A stretch of 64,000 nt of DNA from Candidatus Omnitrophota bacterium (GTDB lineage: Bacteria > Omnitrophota > Gorgyraeia > Gorgyraeales > Gorgyraeaceae): NCBI GenBank assembly GCA_042571405.1, contig JBHPHU010000002.1:2787-66786 (forward strand), read 5' to 3'. The notes below the pieces were generated by a model. The model saw only the letters and a list, made by a program, of their open reading frames with translations. It ran no database searches and was not told the origin of the DNA. Positions 27,308 to 36,287 of this stretch are shown piece after piece. The translations under genes and the position numbers were made by a program. Position 1 is the stretch's first letter. Each line of letters begins with the position of its first letter.

Positions 27308-27748
27308 ATGTTTTACGGTGAGTTTGAACATGCGTTGGATAGAAAAGGCAGGCTCATAATTCCCTCTAAGTTTAGAGACGCGCTCAAGGAGCATTATATC
27401 GAACGCTTTTTTATTACCCGCGGACTCGACAAATGTTTATTTATGTTTGGAGAAGATGAATGGAAAACGCAGGAACAGAAGTTTAAGGCCATGTCGTTTA
27501 CAAAATCAGAATACAGGCGATTCAATAGACTCTATTTTTCAGGCGCTTGCGAACTCACTCCTGATAAACAGGGAAGGATACTCGTACCTTCTTATTTAAA
27601 AAGTTACGCTAGTATCAGAAAAGACGTATATATTATCGGCGTTTCAAACAGAATTGAAATTTGGTCTCGTGACATGTGGAAGGATTATTATTCTACGTCA
27701 AAAGATTCGTTTGAGGAAGTAGCGGAAAAATTAATAGATTTAGAATAG
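27308..27748 (+). CDS. mraZ: Transcriptional regulator MraZ
   Basis: MFYGEFEHALDRKGRLIIPSKFR with duplicated SpoVT/AbrB-like halves (DKQGRILVP). GGAGG RBS. ATG 27308 is preferred over the track's GTG 27296. Confidence 0.93.
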   Translation: MFYGEFEHALDRKGRLIIPSKFRDALKEHYIERFFITRGLDKCLFMFGEDEWKTQEQKFKAMSFTKSEYRRFNRLYFSGACELTPDKQGRILVPSYLKSYASIRKDVYIIGVSNRIEIWSRDMWKDYYSTSKDSFEEVAEKLIDLE

Positions 27749-27756
27749 GAGGTTCC

Positions 27757-27939
27757 ATGCCCCATCGCATTCATACTACTCATGCAAAGTCAAAACGAAA
27801 TCGCGTACATTCTTTCAACATACCGATCGAATGCATACGAAAGACCAGGTCTCTTAATCTCGATAGCCACTCTTGCAATGTAAGTCGGGAAATATATAAA
27901 ATAATAAAGAGCAATAATGGGAGAAAACTTTTTACATAA
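27757..27939 (+). CDS. Small, very basic hypothetical ORF between mraZ and rsmH (60 aa)
   Basis: AGGAGG lies 4 nt before the ATG. The ORF fills the 168-nt mraZ-rsmH gap and overlaps the rsmH start by 23 nt. No recognisable family. Confidence 0.3.
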   Translation: MPHRIHTTHAKSKRNRVHSFNIPIECIRKTRSLNLDSHSCNVSREIYKIIKSNNGRKLFT

Positions 27940-28813
27940 GCCGGTCCTCTCGCGGGAGGTCATGCATTTCTTAAATCCCGCGGTCGGCGATGTGGTTGTA
28001 GACGCTACTATAGGCGGCGCAGGTCATGCCAAAGAGATCTTGCGCAGGATAGGTCCCAGCGGTTTATTGATAGGAATAGACAGAGATAAAGAGTCGTTAC
28101 AAATAGCAGATGGACAACTTAAATCCTCAGAAGGTTCTTTCAGGCTCATGAACGGTAATTTCAAAGACCTCAAGAGTATCTTACGGGATTCAGAAACAGG
28201 AGAAGTAGATGGAATTTTATTTGATTTGGGCATATCTAGTATCCAGATGGAGTCGGCTGAACGGGGATTCAGCATAAAGAATTCAGGTCCTTTGGATATG
28301 AGGATGGATAAGACGCAGCATCTTACGGCAGCCATATTAGTAAATAATTCGAGTGAATTCGAACTTTCGCGCTTGATAAAGGATTTTGGCGAAGAGCGCT
28401 TTCATAGGAGGGTAGCGGCTTCAATACTCAGGGCGCGCAGGGAGAAGAGGATAGAGACTACCGCTGAGTTGGCGCAGATAATTTCTCGGAGCATGCCTTA
28501 CGGAAGACGCAGGGAGCGGATTCATCCGGCTACGCGCACATTCCAGGCGCTTCGAATAAAGGTGAATGATGAGCTTTCTGCCATGGAATACGCGCTTAAG
28601 GATACGCCATCCATTCTTAAAAAAGGCGGCAGGTTATGCGTGATCTCATTTCATTCCCTGGAAGACAGGATCGCGAAGAATACTTTTAAAGAATTTTCCG
28701 CGCAGGATGTCTTTCAGATCCTTACTAAGAAGCCTGTTGTGGCAGAAGGGGATGAACTTATGGAGAACCCGCGCGCACGGAGCGCGAAGCTGAGAGCAGT
28801 AATGAAGTTGTAA
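27917..28813 (+). CDS. rsmH: 16S rRNA (cytosine1402-N4)-methyltransferase
   Basis: HKPVLSREV, DATIGGAGHA, DLGISS, and position after mraZ. Confidence 0.95.
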   Translation: MGENFLHKPVLSREVMHFLNPAVGDVVVDATIGGAGHAKEILRRIGPSGLLIGIDRDKESLQIADGQLKSSEGSFRLMNGNFKDLKSILRDSETGEVDGILFDLGISSIQMESAERGFSIKNSGPLDMRMDKTQHLTAAILVNNSSEFELSRLIKDFGEERFHRRVAASILRARREKRIETTAELAQIISRSMPYGRRRERIHPATRTFQALRIKVNDELSAMEYALKDTPSILKKGGRLCVISFHSLEDRIAKNTFKEFSAQDVFQILTKKPVVAEGDELMENPRARSAKLRAVMKL

Positions 28814-28901
28814 AAAGCGAAGTCCGCCATGTCTTTTGGCGGGCTAAGAGCAGCAGTCAAAATTTAGACCTATCCGACCTACGAGGTCGGATGGTAAAAT
28901 T

Positions 28902-29291
28902 ATGATAAAAAATAGCTTTAAGACATACAAAATTATAATAGGTGTCTTTACGCTGACATTGATCGCGCTTTTATATGTCAATCAGCAGGTGCTTATATAT
29001 CAGATGGGCTTGAAGATCAAGGATAACCATCAAGTCTATTCAAAGATTGTTGACCGCAATAGGATCTTAGTATATAATGTACTTAATTTAAAATCACCTG
29101 TCAGCCTCGAGGAGAAACTTTTAGCAAAGAAGGTCGAGTTGGGCATGCCCCACAAATGGCAGGTGGTCAAACTTGAGAGTTCCCCAAAGAAGTTTGTTAG
29201 CAAAACGATAGTAAGAAAAGGTCTCTTTGCCAATCTGTTTGCAGTAAGTAGGGAAGCTGAGGCCAGCCCGATTGTTAATTTTATTAAATAA
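28902..29291 (+). CDS. ftsL: Cell-division protein FtsL-like (small bitopic membrane protein)
   Basis: Single N-terminal TM segment (IIIGVFTLTLIALLYV), 129 aa, in the canonical slot between rsmH and ftsI. Confidence 0.65.
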   Translation: MIKNSFKTYKIIIGVFTLTLIALLYVNQQVLIYQMGLKIKDNHQVYSKIVDRNRILVYNVLNLKSPVSLEEKLLAKKVELGMPHKWQVVKLESSPKKFVSKTIVRKGLFANLFAVSREAEASPIVNFIK

Positions 29292-29294
29292 ATG

Positions 29295-29397
29295 CACAGA
29301 TGATCACAGATAAAAAAAATACAGATGATCACAAATAAAGTTATCTGCGATCATCTGTAAAGCTTTGCAGTTGCTATGCAATCTGCGATCATCTGTG
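29295..29397. repeat. Nested inverted-repeat element built from four ~16-nt 'ACAGATGATCRCAGAT' units
   Basis: Direct units at 29295-29311 and 29321-29336; inverted units (ATCTGCGATCATCTGT) at 29343-29358 and 29381-29397. Each has a GATC core. Lies in the ftsL-ftsI gap. Confidence 0.8.
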
Positions 29398-29425
29398 TAT
29401 TAACGAACGAAGTGAGTTAATAGCT

Positions 29426-31114
29426 GTGCAAAAGCTAATTACCCCCCGAATTAGAAAGCTTCTTTATTGTTTACTGGTTTTATTCGTGCTTTTAGGAGCC
29501 AGACTCTTTTGTGTCCAGCTTGGCGCCGCAAAACCATTATCAAAAATAGCCTCGAGTCAATATAAGACCTTTTCCTGCATACTTCCCAGGCGCGGCGTAA
29601 TTTACGACCGCAATCTAAAAGAACTAGCCGGTTCCATTAATCTTAACTCTATATTTATAGATCCGCTCATGATGGAAGACAAAGGATCTGCAGTCGCAAG
29701 TCTTGCTAAGGTCCTGGATATTGATGCAGGTAAATTGCTCCATAAACTCAATAACCAGAAACGCTTCGTATGGGTGGCCCGCAAGATTTCACCTGATAAG
29801 GAAATGGCTCTCAGACGCCTATCTATTAAAGGAGTGGGTTTTGTCAAAGAGCCTCAGAGAGTTTACCCTAATGCTACCCTTGCCAGTCACATAATAGGAT
29901 TTGTTGGCGTGGATGACGATGGTCTTGAGGGTATTGAGTTAAAATTCGATAAATTCCTTAAGGGTACAGTGGGATGGAGATATGGTATAAGGGACGCGAA
30001 GAAACGTGAGGTGCCTGGTTATGAATACAGAGAGATTCCGCCTGCTGATGGAAATGATGTAGTACTGACCATTGACAGCATAGTGCAGGCATTTGCAGAA
30101 AGGGAACTGGGTAATGCGTTTAAAGATCGCAATGCGCAGGGCGCTATGATAGTAGCGATGGACCCTTATACGGGTGATATATTGGCGCTTGCCAACAGAC
30201 CGACCTATGATCCGAATAAAATCCAGGAATATCCTGTTGAGGCAAGGAGAAATCGCGTGATATGTGATTTTTTTGAGCCAGGTTCGAGTTTTAAAACAGT
30301 GACTGCGAGTGCTGTGCTGGCGGAAGGCGTAGTTAAGCCAGAGGATGAGTTTTTTTGCGAAAATGGAGAGTTTAAATGGTCCAGGCACACCTATCATGAC
30401 CACAAACCGCATGGCTGGCTTGCTTTCAAAGATGTAATTAAGTATTCTTCGAATATCGGTACCATGAAATCAGCGATTAAGCTAGGAGAGAAGAGATTAT
30501 ACAGGTATATCAAGCGTTTTGGTTTTGGGAAAAAAACAGGTATAGCGCTTCCGGGTGAAGTAGAGGGAATAATCAGGCATCCCAGGCAGTGGTCAAAGCT
30601 TTCGCTCTGCAGTATCTCTATGGGGCAGGAATTAACAGTAAACGCGCTTCAACTTGCGTGCGCAATATCCACTGTGGCAAATGGCGGCTATTATGTGAAA
30701 CCAAGGATTGTCAGCAGAGTACAGGACAAGGCCGGAGGCGTGATAGAAAAGTTTGAGCCAAAGAAGATGCACAGGGTTATTCCTGAAAAGACCGCGTTTG
30801 AGCTAAGAGAGATTTTAAGAGGTGTTGTAGAGGATGGCACAGGTAAGCGTGCTGAGGTGGACGGGTATTTTCCCGCAGGCAAGACCGGCACTGCGCAAAA
30901 GATAGAGCCAGACGGCACTTATTCGCACAGGAAATTCACGGCATCATTCGTAGGCTTTTTACCTTTTGATAAACCCCGTTTTGTTCTTGTGGTTATAATG
31001 GACGAGCCCAGGCCGGCTTACTACGGCGGCACTGTGTGCGCTCCTGTATTTCAAAAAGTAGCAGGTGAATTAATGCGTTACTATAAGATAGAACCTAAAC
31101 GAGATGAGACTTAA
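29426..31114 (+). CDS. ftsI: Peptidoglycan D,D-transpeptidase FtsI (class B PBP)
   Basis: SxxK (GSSFKT), SxN (YSSNIG), KTG (GKTGTA), and an N-terminal TM segment. GTG start. Confidence 0.92.
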   Translation: MQKLITPRIRKLLYCLLVLFVLLGARLFCVQLGAAKPLSKIASSQYKTFSCILPRRGVIYDRNLKELAGSINLNSIFIDPLMMEDKGSAVASLAKVLDIDAGKLLHKLNNQKRFVWVARKISPDKEMALRRLSIKGVGFVKEPQRVYPNATLASHIIGFVGVDDDGLEGIELKFDKFLKGTVGWRYGIRDAKKREVPGYEYREIPPADGNDVVLTIDSIVQAFAERELGNAFKDRNAQGAMIVAMDPYTGDILALANRPTYDPNKIQEYPVEARRNRVICDFFEPGSSFKTVTASAVLAEGVVKPEDEFFCENGEFKWSRHTYHDHKPHGWLAFKDVIKYSSNIGTMKSAIKLGEKRLYRYIKRFGFGKKTGIALPGEVEGIIRHPRQWSKLSLCSISMGQELTVNALQLACAISTVANGGYYVKPRIVSRVQDKAGGVIEKFEPKKMHRVIPEKTAFELREILRGVVEDGTGKRAEVDGYFPAGKTGTAQKIEPDGTYSHRKFTASFVGFLPFDKPRFVLVVIMDEPRPAYYGGTVCAPVFQKVAGELMRYYKIEPKRDET

Positions 31115-32552
31115 GAAGATCATAGATGCTCTTGGCGATGTGAAAAAAATAGAGGGCAAGGTCTCTCTGGAGGTAAAAGGTATTGCCTGTAATTCAAAAG
31201 AAGTAAGGGAGGACTATGTCTTTATAGCTCTTAAAGGCTCGCGTTTTAAAGGCGCAGACTTTATAGCTGAGGCTATAGATAGGGGCGCTTGCGCAGTGAT
31301 ACTGGAGCAAGGCAATACATCTATATTTAGAAGGGGGCGTACCTTTATATATACAGGGAACGCAAGACACAGCATGTCTGAAGCTGCCAGGGCCTTTTAT
31401 GGAGACATCTCCAGCAAGATGCGGCTTATAGGCATTACCGGCACAAATGGCAAAACCACAACCACATATTTAATAGAAGCTCTATTCAATGCGACATCCC
31501 GGAAAACAGGTGTGATCGGCACCATAAACTACAGGTTTGGAAATCGTCTTATACCGGCGTTAAATACGACTCCCGGGGTCTTGAATCTTTATTCTCTTTT
31601 GTTTGAGATGCGTAAAGATGCAATAAAGAATTGCATACTAGAAGTCTCTTCTCATTCGCTGGACCAGGGTCGCGTGGACACATTGAATTTTGACATAGCG
31701 GTATTTACAAATTTGACATCCGAGCACATGGATTATCATAAAAAAATGGAAAATTATCTAGCCTCAAAGATGAAGTTATTTACAAAGATAAAAATGGGAG
31801 GCCATGCGATCATAAACATAGACGATCCGCACGCAAATAAGTTTATAGAGCTGGTTAAGAAAGAGGGCAAGGCCAGAATAATAACATATGGCATTGAAAA
31901 TCCAGCTGATGTGCGTCCGGGTGATATGGATATTAAATCTTCTCTTATTGGCCGGCACAATGTATATAATGTTCTGGCCAGTGTATCATGCGGTATTGCC
32001 ATGGGTATGAGTCGTGAGGAGATTGCGCAAGGCATAGAGAGCGTAGTATCTTTGCCTGGCAGGCTAGAGAAGATAGATTGTGGTCAGGATTTTTTAGTGT
32101 TTGTAGATTACGCGCATACAGAAAATGGCATTGAGAATGCGTTAAAGACGCTAAGGGAATTAAAGCCAAATAGACTTATTACTGTGTTTGGTTGCGGCGG
32201 GGATAGAGATAGATCTAAAAGACCTGAGATAGGCAGGGTATCTTCTAAGCTGTCCGATAAGATATTTATCACAAGCGATAATCCAAGAGGCGAAGAGCCA
32301 TCGAATATTATAAAGGATATAATTAAAGGTATTCCGGCCCGGAAAAAAAATTATGTCATTGAAAAGGATAGGGCCAGGGCGATTGAACTGGCTTTGAAGG
32401 ACGCGAAGAGCAGGGATATTGTGCTTGTTGCAGGCAAAGGTCACGAGACATATCAGATATTTAAGGACATTACCATTCCCTTTGATGACAGGGAAGTGGT
32501 AAGAAAAAACTTAAAGGAGATGTCGAAATGTTTACAGTCAAAGATGCCTTAA
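31104..32552 (+). CDS. murE: UDP-N-acetylmuramoyl-L-alanyl-D-glutamate--2,6-diaminopimelate ligase-type MurE
   Basis: GITGTNGKTTT, Mur ligase middle and C-terminal domains, dcw position. Confidence 0.93.
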   Translation: MRLKKIIDALGDVKKIEGKVSLEVKGIACNSKEVREDYVFIALKGSRFKGADFIAEAIDRGACAVILEQGNTSIFRRGRTFIYTGNARHSMSEAARAFYGDISSKMRLIGITGTNGKTTTTYLIEALFNATSRKTGVIGTINYRFGNRLIPALNTTPGVLNLYSLLFEMRKDAIKNCILEVSSHSLDQGRVDTLNFDIAVFTNLTSEHMDYHKKMENYLASKMKLFTKIKMGGHAIINIDDPHANKFIELVKKEGKARIITYGIENPADVRPGDMDIKSSLIGRHNVYNVLASVSCGIAMGMSREEIAQGIESVVSLPGRLEKIDCGQDFLVFVDYAHTENGIENALKTLRELKPNRLITVFGCGGDRDRSKRPEIGRVSSKLSDKIFITSDNPRGEEPSNIIKDIIKGIPARKKNYVIEKDRARAIELALKDAKSRDIVLVAGKGHETYQIFKDITIPFDDREVVRKNLKEMSKCLQSKMP

Positions 32553-33904
32553 TGTCTACAAAAGGTAGGCTGATATCAGGAAACGAGAATGACATGCTAA
32601 TGGGTATATCTACGGACACCCGCCGCATAAAAGGCGGAGAACTTTTTCTGGCCATTAAAGGTCAGAGATTTGACGGGCATAATTTTCTATTGGACGCGGT
32701 CTCGAGGGGCGCGGGCGGCGTGCTTGTGCAGGACGGCTGTATCGCTAATTCCAAATTTAAATTGCCTGAGGTCTCATTTATCTCTGTGCCTGATAGCATA
32801 AAGGCGCTCGGCGACATAGCGCTTTTCCACAGGTCGAGATTTAAAATACCTGTCATAGGTATCACCGGTTCCAACGGAAAGACCACCACAAAGGAAATGA
32901 CAGCCGCCATCCTCAATAAAAGTTTCAATGTCCTTAAGAATTTTGGGACAGAGAATAATCATATCGGAGTGCCTCTTACGCTTATGCGGCTTAAACCCGA
33001 GCACAAGATCGCTATTCTGGAGATGGGAACGAATCATCTTGGCGAGGTCAAGAGGCTTTCAGAGATAGCAAAGCCCAGCGTGGCGCTTATTACCAATATA
33101 GGGCCGTCACATCTTGAGCATCTAAAGGATATTGATACGGTCTTGAAGGCGAAGATAGAGATATTGGATTTTTTGGATAAAGACGCAAGGGTCATCGTAA
33201 ATGCCGACGACGAATACCTGAAGAAGATAAAAACAAAATCGAAGCTGATAAAATTTGGACTTGATAAAAAGGCGGATTTTGTCGCAGACAAAGTAAATGT
33301 CGAACCAGATGGTATTAGTTTTAGGTTGAACGGAAAATGGAAGATAGAGATGAGCGTAGCGGGCCGCCACAGTGTTTACAATGCCCTTGCGGCAATAGCT
33401 GCCAGTTGGGACTTTGGCCTTTCAATCGAAGAGATTACAGAGGCATTGCGGGAGTTTAAAGGGCCGAGCATGAGGATGGAGGTCAAGAGACTTGGCGACA
33501 TAAAGATAATAAACGATACATATAATTCCAACCCTCTCTCAATGAGGCAGGCAATAGAGGCATTAAAAGATATGACCACTAAGGGCAGGAAAATACTTGT
33601 GGCGGGAGACATGCTTGAATTAGGGAATCTATCCGGCAGGTTTCATCATCTGGTTGGCAGGCAAGCTGCTGAGTCAGGCATTGATTTGATAGTCGCTGTA
33701 GGTAAACTTGCTGAGCATGTGTCCAGAGGCGCTCAGGAGGCGGGTATGAGCCAGAAGAAGATCAAGATGTTCAATGTAACTAAAGACGCGCGCGAGACCA
33801 TGACGAATTTAGTTAAAAAAGGTGATGTAGTTTTGGTCAAAGGTTCGCGCGCAATGAAGATGGAAGAAATAGTGCGGGGCTTGGAGACCCTGTTTAAGAC
33901 CTAA
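32528..33904 (+). CDS. murF: UDP-N-acetylmuramoyl-tripeptide--D-alanyl-D-alanine ligase
   Basis: GITGSNGKTTTKE, DTYNSNP, dcw position. Confidence 0.93.
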   Translation: MFTVKDALMSTKGRLISGNENDMLMGISTDTRRIKGGELFLAIKGQRFDGHNFLLDAVSRGAGGVLVQDGCIANSKFKLPEVSFISVPDSIKALGDIALFHRSRFKIPVIGITGSNGKTTTKEMTAAILNKSFNVLKNFGTENNHIGVPLTLMRLKPEHKIAILEMGTNHLGEVKRLSEIAKPSVALITNIGPSHLEHLKDIDTVLKAKIEILDFLDKDARVIVNADDEYLKKIKTKSKLIKFGLDKKADFVADKVNVEPDGISFRLNGKWKIEMSVAGRHSVYNALAAIAASWDFGLSIEEITEALREFKGPSMRMEVKRLGDIKIINDTYNSNPLSMRQAIEALKDMTTKGRKILVAGDMLELGNLSGRFHHLVGRQAAESGIDLIVAVGKLAEHVSRGAQEAGMSQKKIKMFNVTKDARETMTNLVKKGDVVLVKGSRAMKMEEIVRGLETLFKT

Positions 33905-33906
33905 CT

Positions 33907-35004
33907 ATGCTATATTATATATTATATCCTTTAAGAGAATATTTCTTTGTTTTCAATGTCTTTAAGTACATCACATTCAGGGCTGCGTTTGCCGGTGTCA
34001 CTGCGTTTTTAATTACGATTATATTTGCGCCACCCATCATCAGGAAATTAGAGGCCCTTAAGATAGGAGAGACTGTAAGAAAAAAGGAATGTCCGGACCT
34101 TTATAATCTGCACAAGGATAAACAGGGTACTCCTACTATGGGTGGGATTTTGATTTTACTGGGAATCGGACTGTCCACACTTTTATGGGCTGATGTAAAG
34201 AATAGTTTTGTGCTTTTGGCCCTTATGGTGACTGGCTGGCTGGGTGGTATAGGATTTTTAGATGATTATAAGAAGTTAAATCCCGGCTCTAAGTCAGGCA
34301 AGAGAGGCTTAACTAAGAGGACAAAGCTTTTCGCTCAGATCCTGGCAGGATTTATTGTAGGGCTTTTTTTATACATAAATCCAAAGGCTACTACCATGCT
34401 TGAGATGCCATTTTTTAAGGCTATGGCAATAGATCTGGGCATTTTTTATATACCGTTTGTGATATTGGTCATTACTGCCGCTTCGAACGCGGTAAATCTT
34501 ACTGATGGCCTGGACGGACTGGCAATAGGGTGCGTTGTCTTGACTGCGGTGGCATACGCCGGCATGAGTTATGTGACAGGTCATATTGATTTTGCTAATT
34601 ATCTGGGCATTTACTATCTCCCGGAAGCAGGTGAGCTTACTGTGTTTTGCGCCGCTATATTAGGGGCGGGCCTGGGATTTTTGTGGTACAATTCTTTTCC
34701 GGCGTCGATATTCATGGGTGATACAGGCGCGCTTGCGCTTGGCGGCGCTATTGGGACAGTAGCTGTTTTTGTAAAGAAAGAGATGCTCTTGCTTTTGGTT
34801 GGAGGTATATTTGTCATAGAGGCGCTTTCTGTGTTACTGCAGATAATCTCATTCAGGTCTACTGGTAAAAGGATATTTAAGATAGCGCCCATACATCATC
34901 ATTTTGAGATGTGTGGCTGGGCTGAGTCAAAGGTAACCGTGAGGTTCTGGATAATCGCGATTATTTTAGTGCTTTTAAGCTTTGCTACCTTAAAACTAAG
35001 GTAA
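33907..35004 (+). CDS. mraY: Phospho-N-acetylmuramoyl-pentapeptide transferase
   Basis: Polytopic membrane protein with NAVNLTDGLDGLA and the HHHFE motif. Confidence 0.96.
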   Translation: MLYYILYPLREYFFVFNVFKYITFRAAFAGVTAFLITIIFAPPIIRKLEALKIGETVRKKECPDLYNLHKDKQGTPTMGGILILLGIGLSTLLWADVKNSFVLLALMVTGWLGGIGFLDDYKKLNPGSKSGKRGLTKRTKLFAQILAGFIVGLFLYINPKATTMLEMPFFKAMAIDLGIFYIPFVILVITAASNAVNLTDGLDGLAIGCVVLTAVAYAGMSYVTGHIDFANYLGIYYLPEAGELTVFCAAILGAGLGFLWYNSFPASIFMGDTGALALGGAIGTVAVFVKKEMLLLLVGGIFVIEALSVLLQIISFRSTGKRIFKIAPIHHHFEMCGWAESKVTVRFWIIAIILVLLSFATLKLR

Positions 35005-35006
35005 TT

Positions 35007-36284
35007 ATGAATAAAGTAGTTGTAGTTGGACTTGGAAGGAGCGGAGTAGGGGCTGCGAAACTTTTGGCAGGTCGGGGGGATACTGTTTTAATCACAGAGA
35101 TAAAAGATACTCCTGTCGTAAGGGATACTGTAAAAGAACTGATCAAGGATGGTATTATTGAGCAAGGCAATGTTGAACTAGGCTGTCATACGGAGAGATT
35201 TATGAAAGATAGTGATCTCATAGTGGTCAGTCCTGGCGCAAAGTTGGCGGAGAATAACGGCATACCTGTAATAAGTGAGTTGGAGCTAGCCTATTCAATG
35301 TGCCCCGCGCCTATTATTGCTGTAACGGGTACTAGCGGGAAGACTACTGTTACTACTCTGATAGGTCAGATGCTTGTCTCTTTGGGCAGGGATGTGATTG
35401 TGTGCGGTAATATCGGTAATCCCCTGAGCGGAGAGATAAAGAGGATAAAAAAGGATTCTATTGTTGTAGTCGAGGTTAGCTCTTTTCAGCTCGAGAGGAC
35501 AAGGAGTTTTAGGCCAAAGACAAGTATTATTTTAAATATATCCGAGAATCATCTCGACAGGCACAGTGATATGGAGGAATACGTTTCTGCAAAACTAAGG
35601 ATATTTTCTAATCAAGATGCGGATGATGTATTATTTTTAAATGCAATGGATAAATTATCGAAGAAGATTTCCGATAAATCTAAGTGCAGGGTGGAGTTTT
35701 TTGACAAATATAAGGATTTCAGAAAAAGATATCACATAGAGAATGAGAATTTTCTAGCAGCCATGTCTGTGGCATCCTTGGAAGGTGTTAGCGAGGATGT
35801 CATGCTGAAGGTCATCTCGGAATTTAAAGGCATAGAGCACAGGCTGGAGCACGTATCTACGATCAATGGCGTAGATTTTATCAATGATTCAAAGGCCACC
35901 ACTGTCTCTAGCGTAGAGTGGGCATTGAAATCCCTCGATGAGAAGATCATCCTGATCATGGGAGGCAGATATAAAGGAGGAGATTTCAGCAGGCTAAAGG
36001 ACTTTGTTAATAAAAAAGTAAATTATATTATTGCCATAGGAGAGGCAAGGCCGCAGATTAAAAAAGGCCTTGCGGGGACAAAAGAAATTTTCGAAGAAGA
36101 GGATCTAAAAAAAGCAGTCTGTGCCGCGTTTAAAAAGGCAGATAAGGGAGACAAGATTTTACTTTCTCCTGGATGCTCAAGTTTCGACATGTTTAAAAAC
36201 TATGAGGACCGCGGCAGGGTTTTTAAAGAGATCGTACTGTCATTGCGAGGCAGCCGCCTACGGCTGCCTCGCAATGATACTTAG
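35007..36284 (+). CDS. murD: UDP-N-acetylmuramoylalanine--D-glutamate ligase
   Basis: VVGLGRSG and VTGTSGKTTV. The C-terminal 14 aa (SLRGSRLRLPRNDT) are encoded by a perfect 16-bp hairpin. Confidence 0.93.
   Translation: MNKVVVVGLGRSGVGAAKLLAGRGDTVLITEIKDTPVVRDTVKELIKDGIIEQGNVELGCHTERFMKDSDLIVVSPGAKLAENNGIPVISELELAYSMCPAPIIAVTGTSGKTTVTTLIGQMLVSLGRDVIVCGNIGNPLSGEIKRIKKDSIVVVEVSSFQLERTRSFRPKTSIILNISENHLDRHSDMEEYVSAKLRIFSNQDADDVLFLNAMDKLSKKISDKSKCRVEFFDKYKDFRKRYHIENENFLAAMSVASLEGVSEDVMLKVISEFKGIEHRLEHVSTINGVDFINDSKATTVSSVEWALKSLDEKIILIMGGRYKGGDFSRLKDFVNKKVNYIIAIGEARPQIKKGLAGTKEIFEEEDLKKAVCAAFKKADKGDKILLSPGCSSFDMFKNYEDRGRVFKEIVLSLRGSRLRLPRNDT
36241..36276. repeat. Perfect 16-bp-stem hairpin embedded in the last codons of murD
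   Basis: CATTGCGAGGCAGCCG-ccta-CGGCTGCCTCGCAATG. Ends 5 nt before the murD stop codon and 11 nt before the ftsW ATG. Confidence 0.85.
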
Positions 36285-36287
36285 AAT

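Noticed and set aside
13205-28850. A possible 'TTTTGGCGGG' hairpin family (9501-9515, 13222-13236, 28838-28850) and the small cloverleaf-like hairpin at 25538-25581
   Set aside because: The shared sequence is only about 10 nt with short (4-8 bp) stems. That is too little similarity to call a repeat family by eye, so these are noted only as weak local secondary structures.
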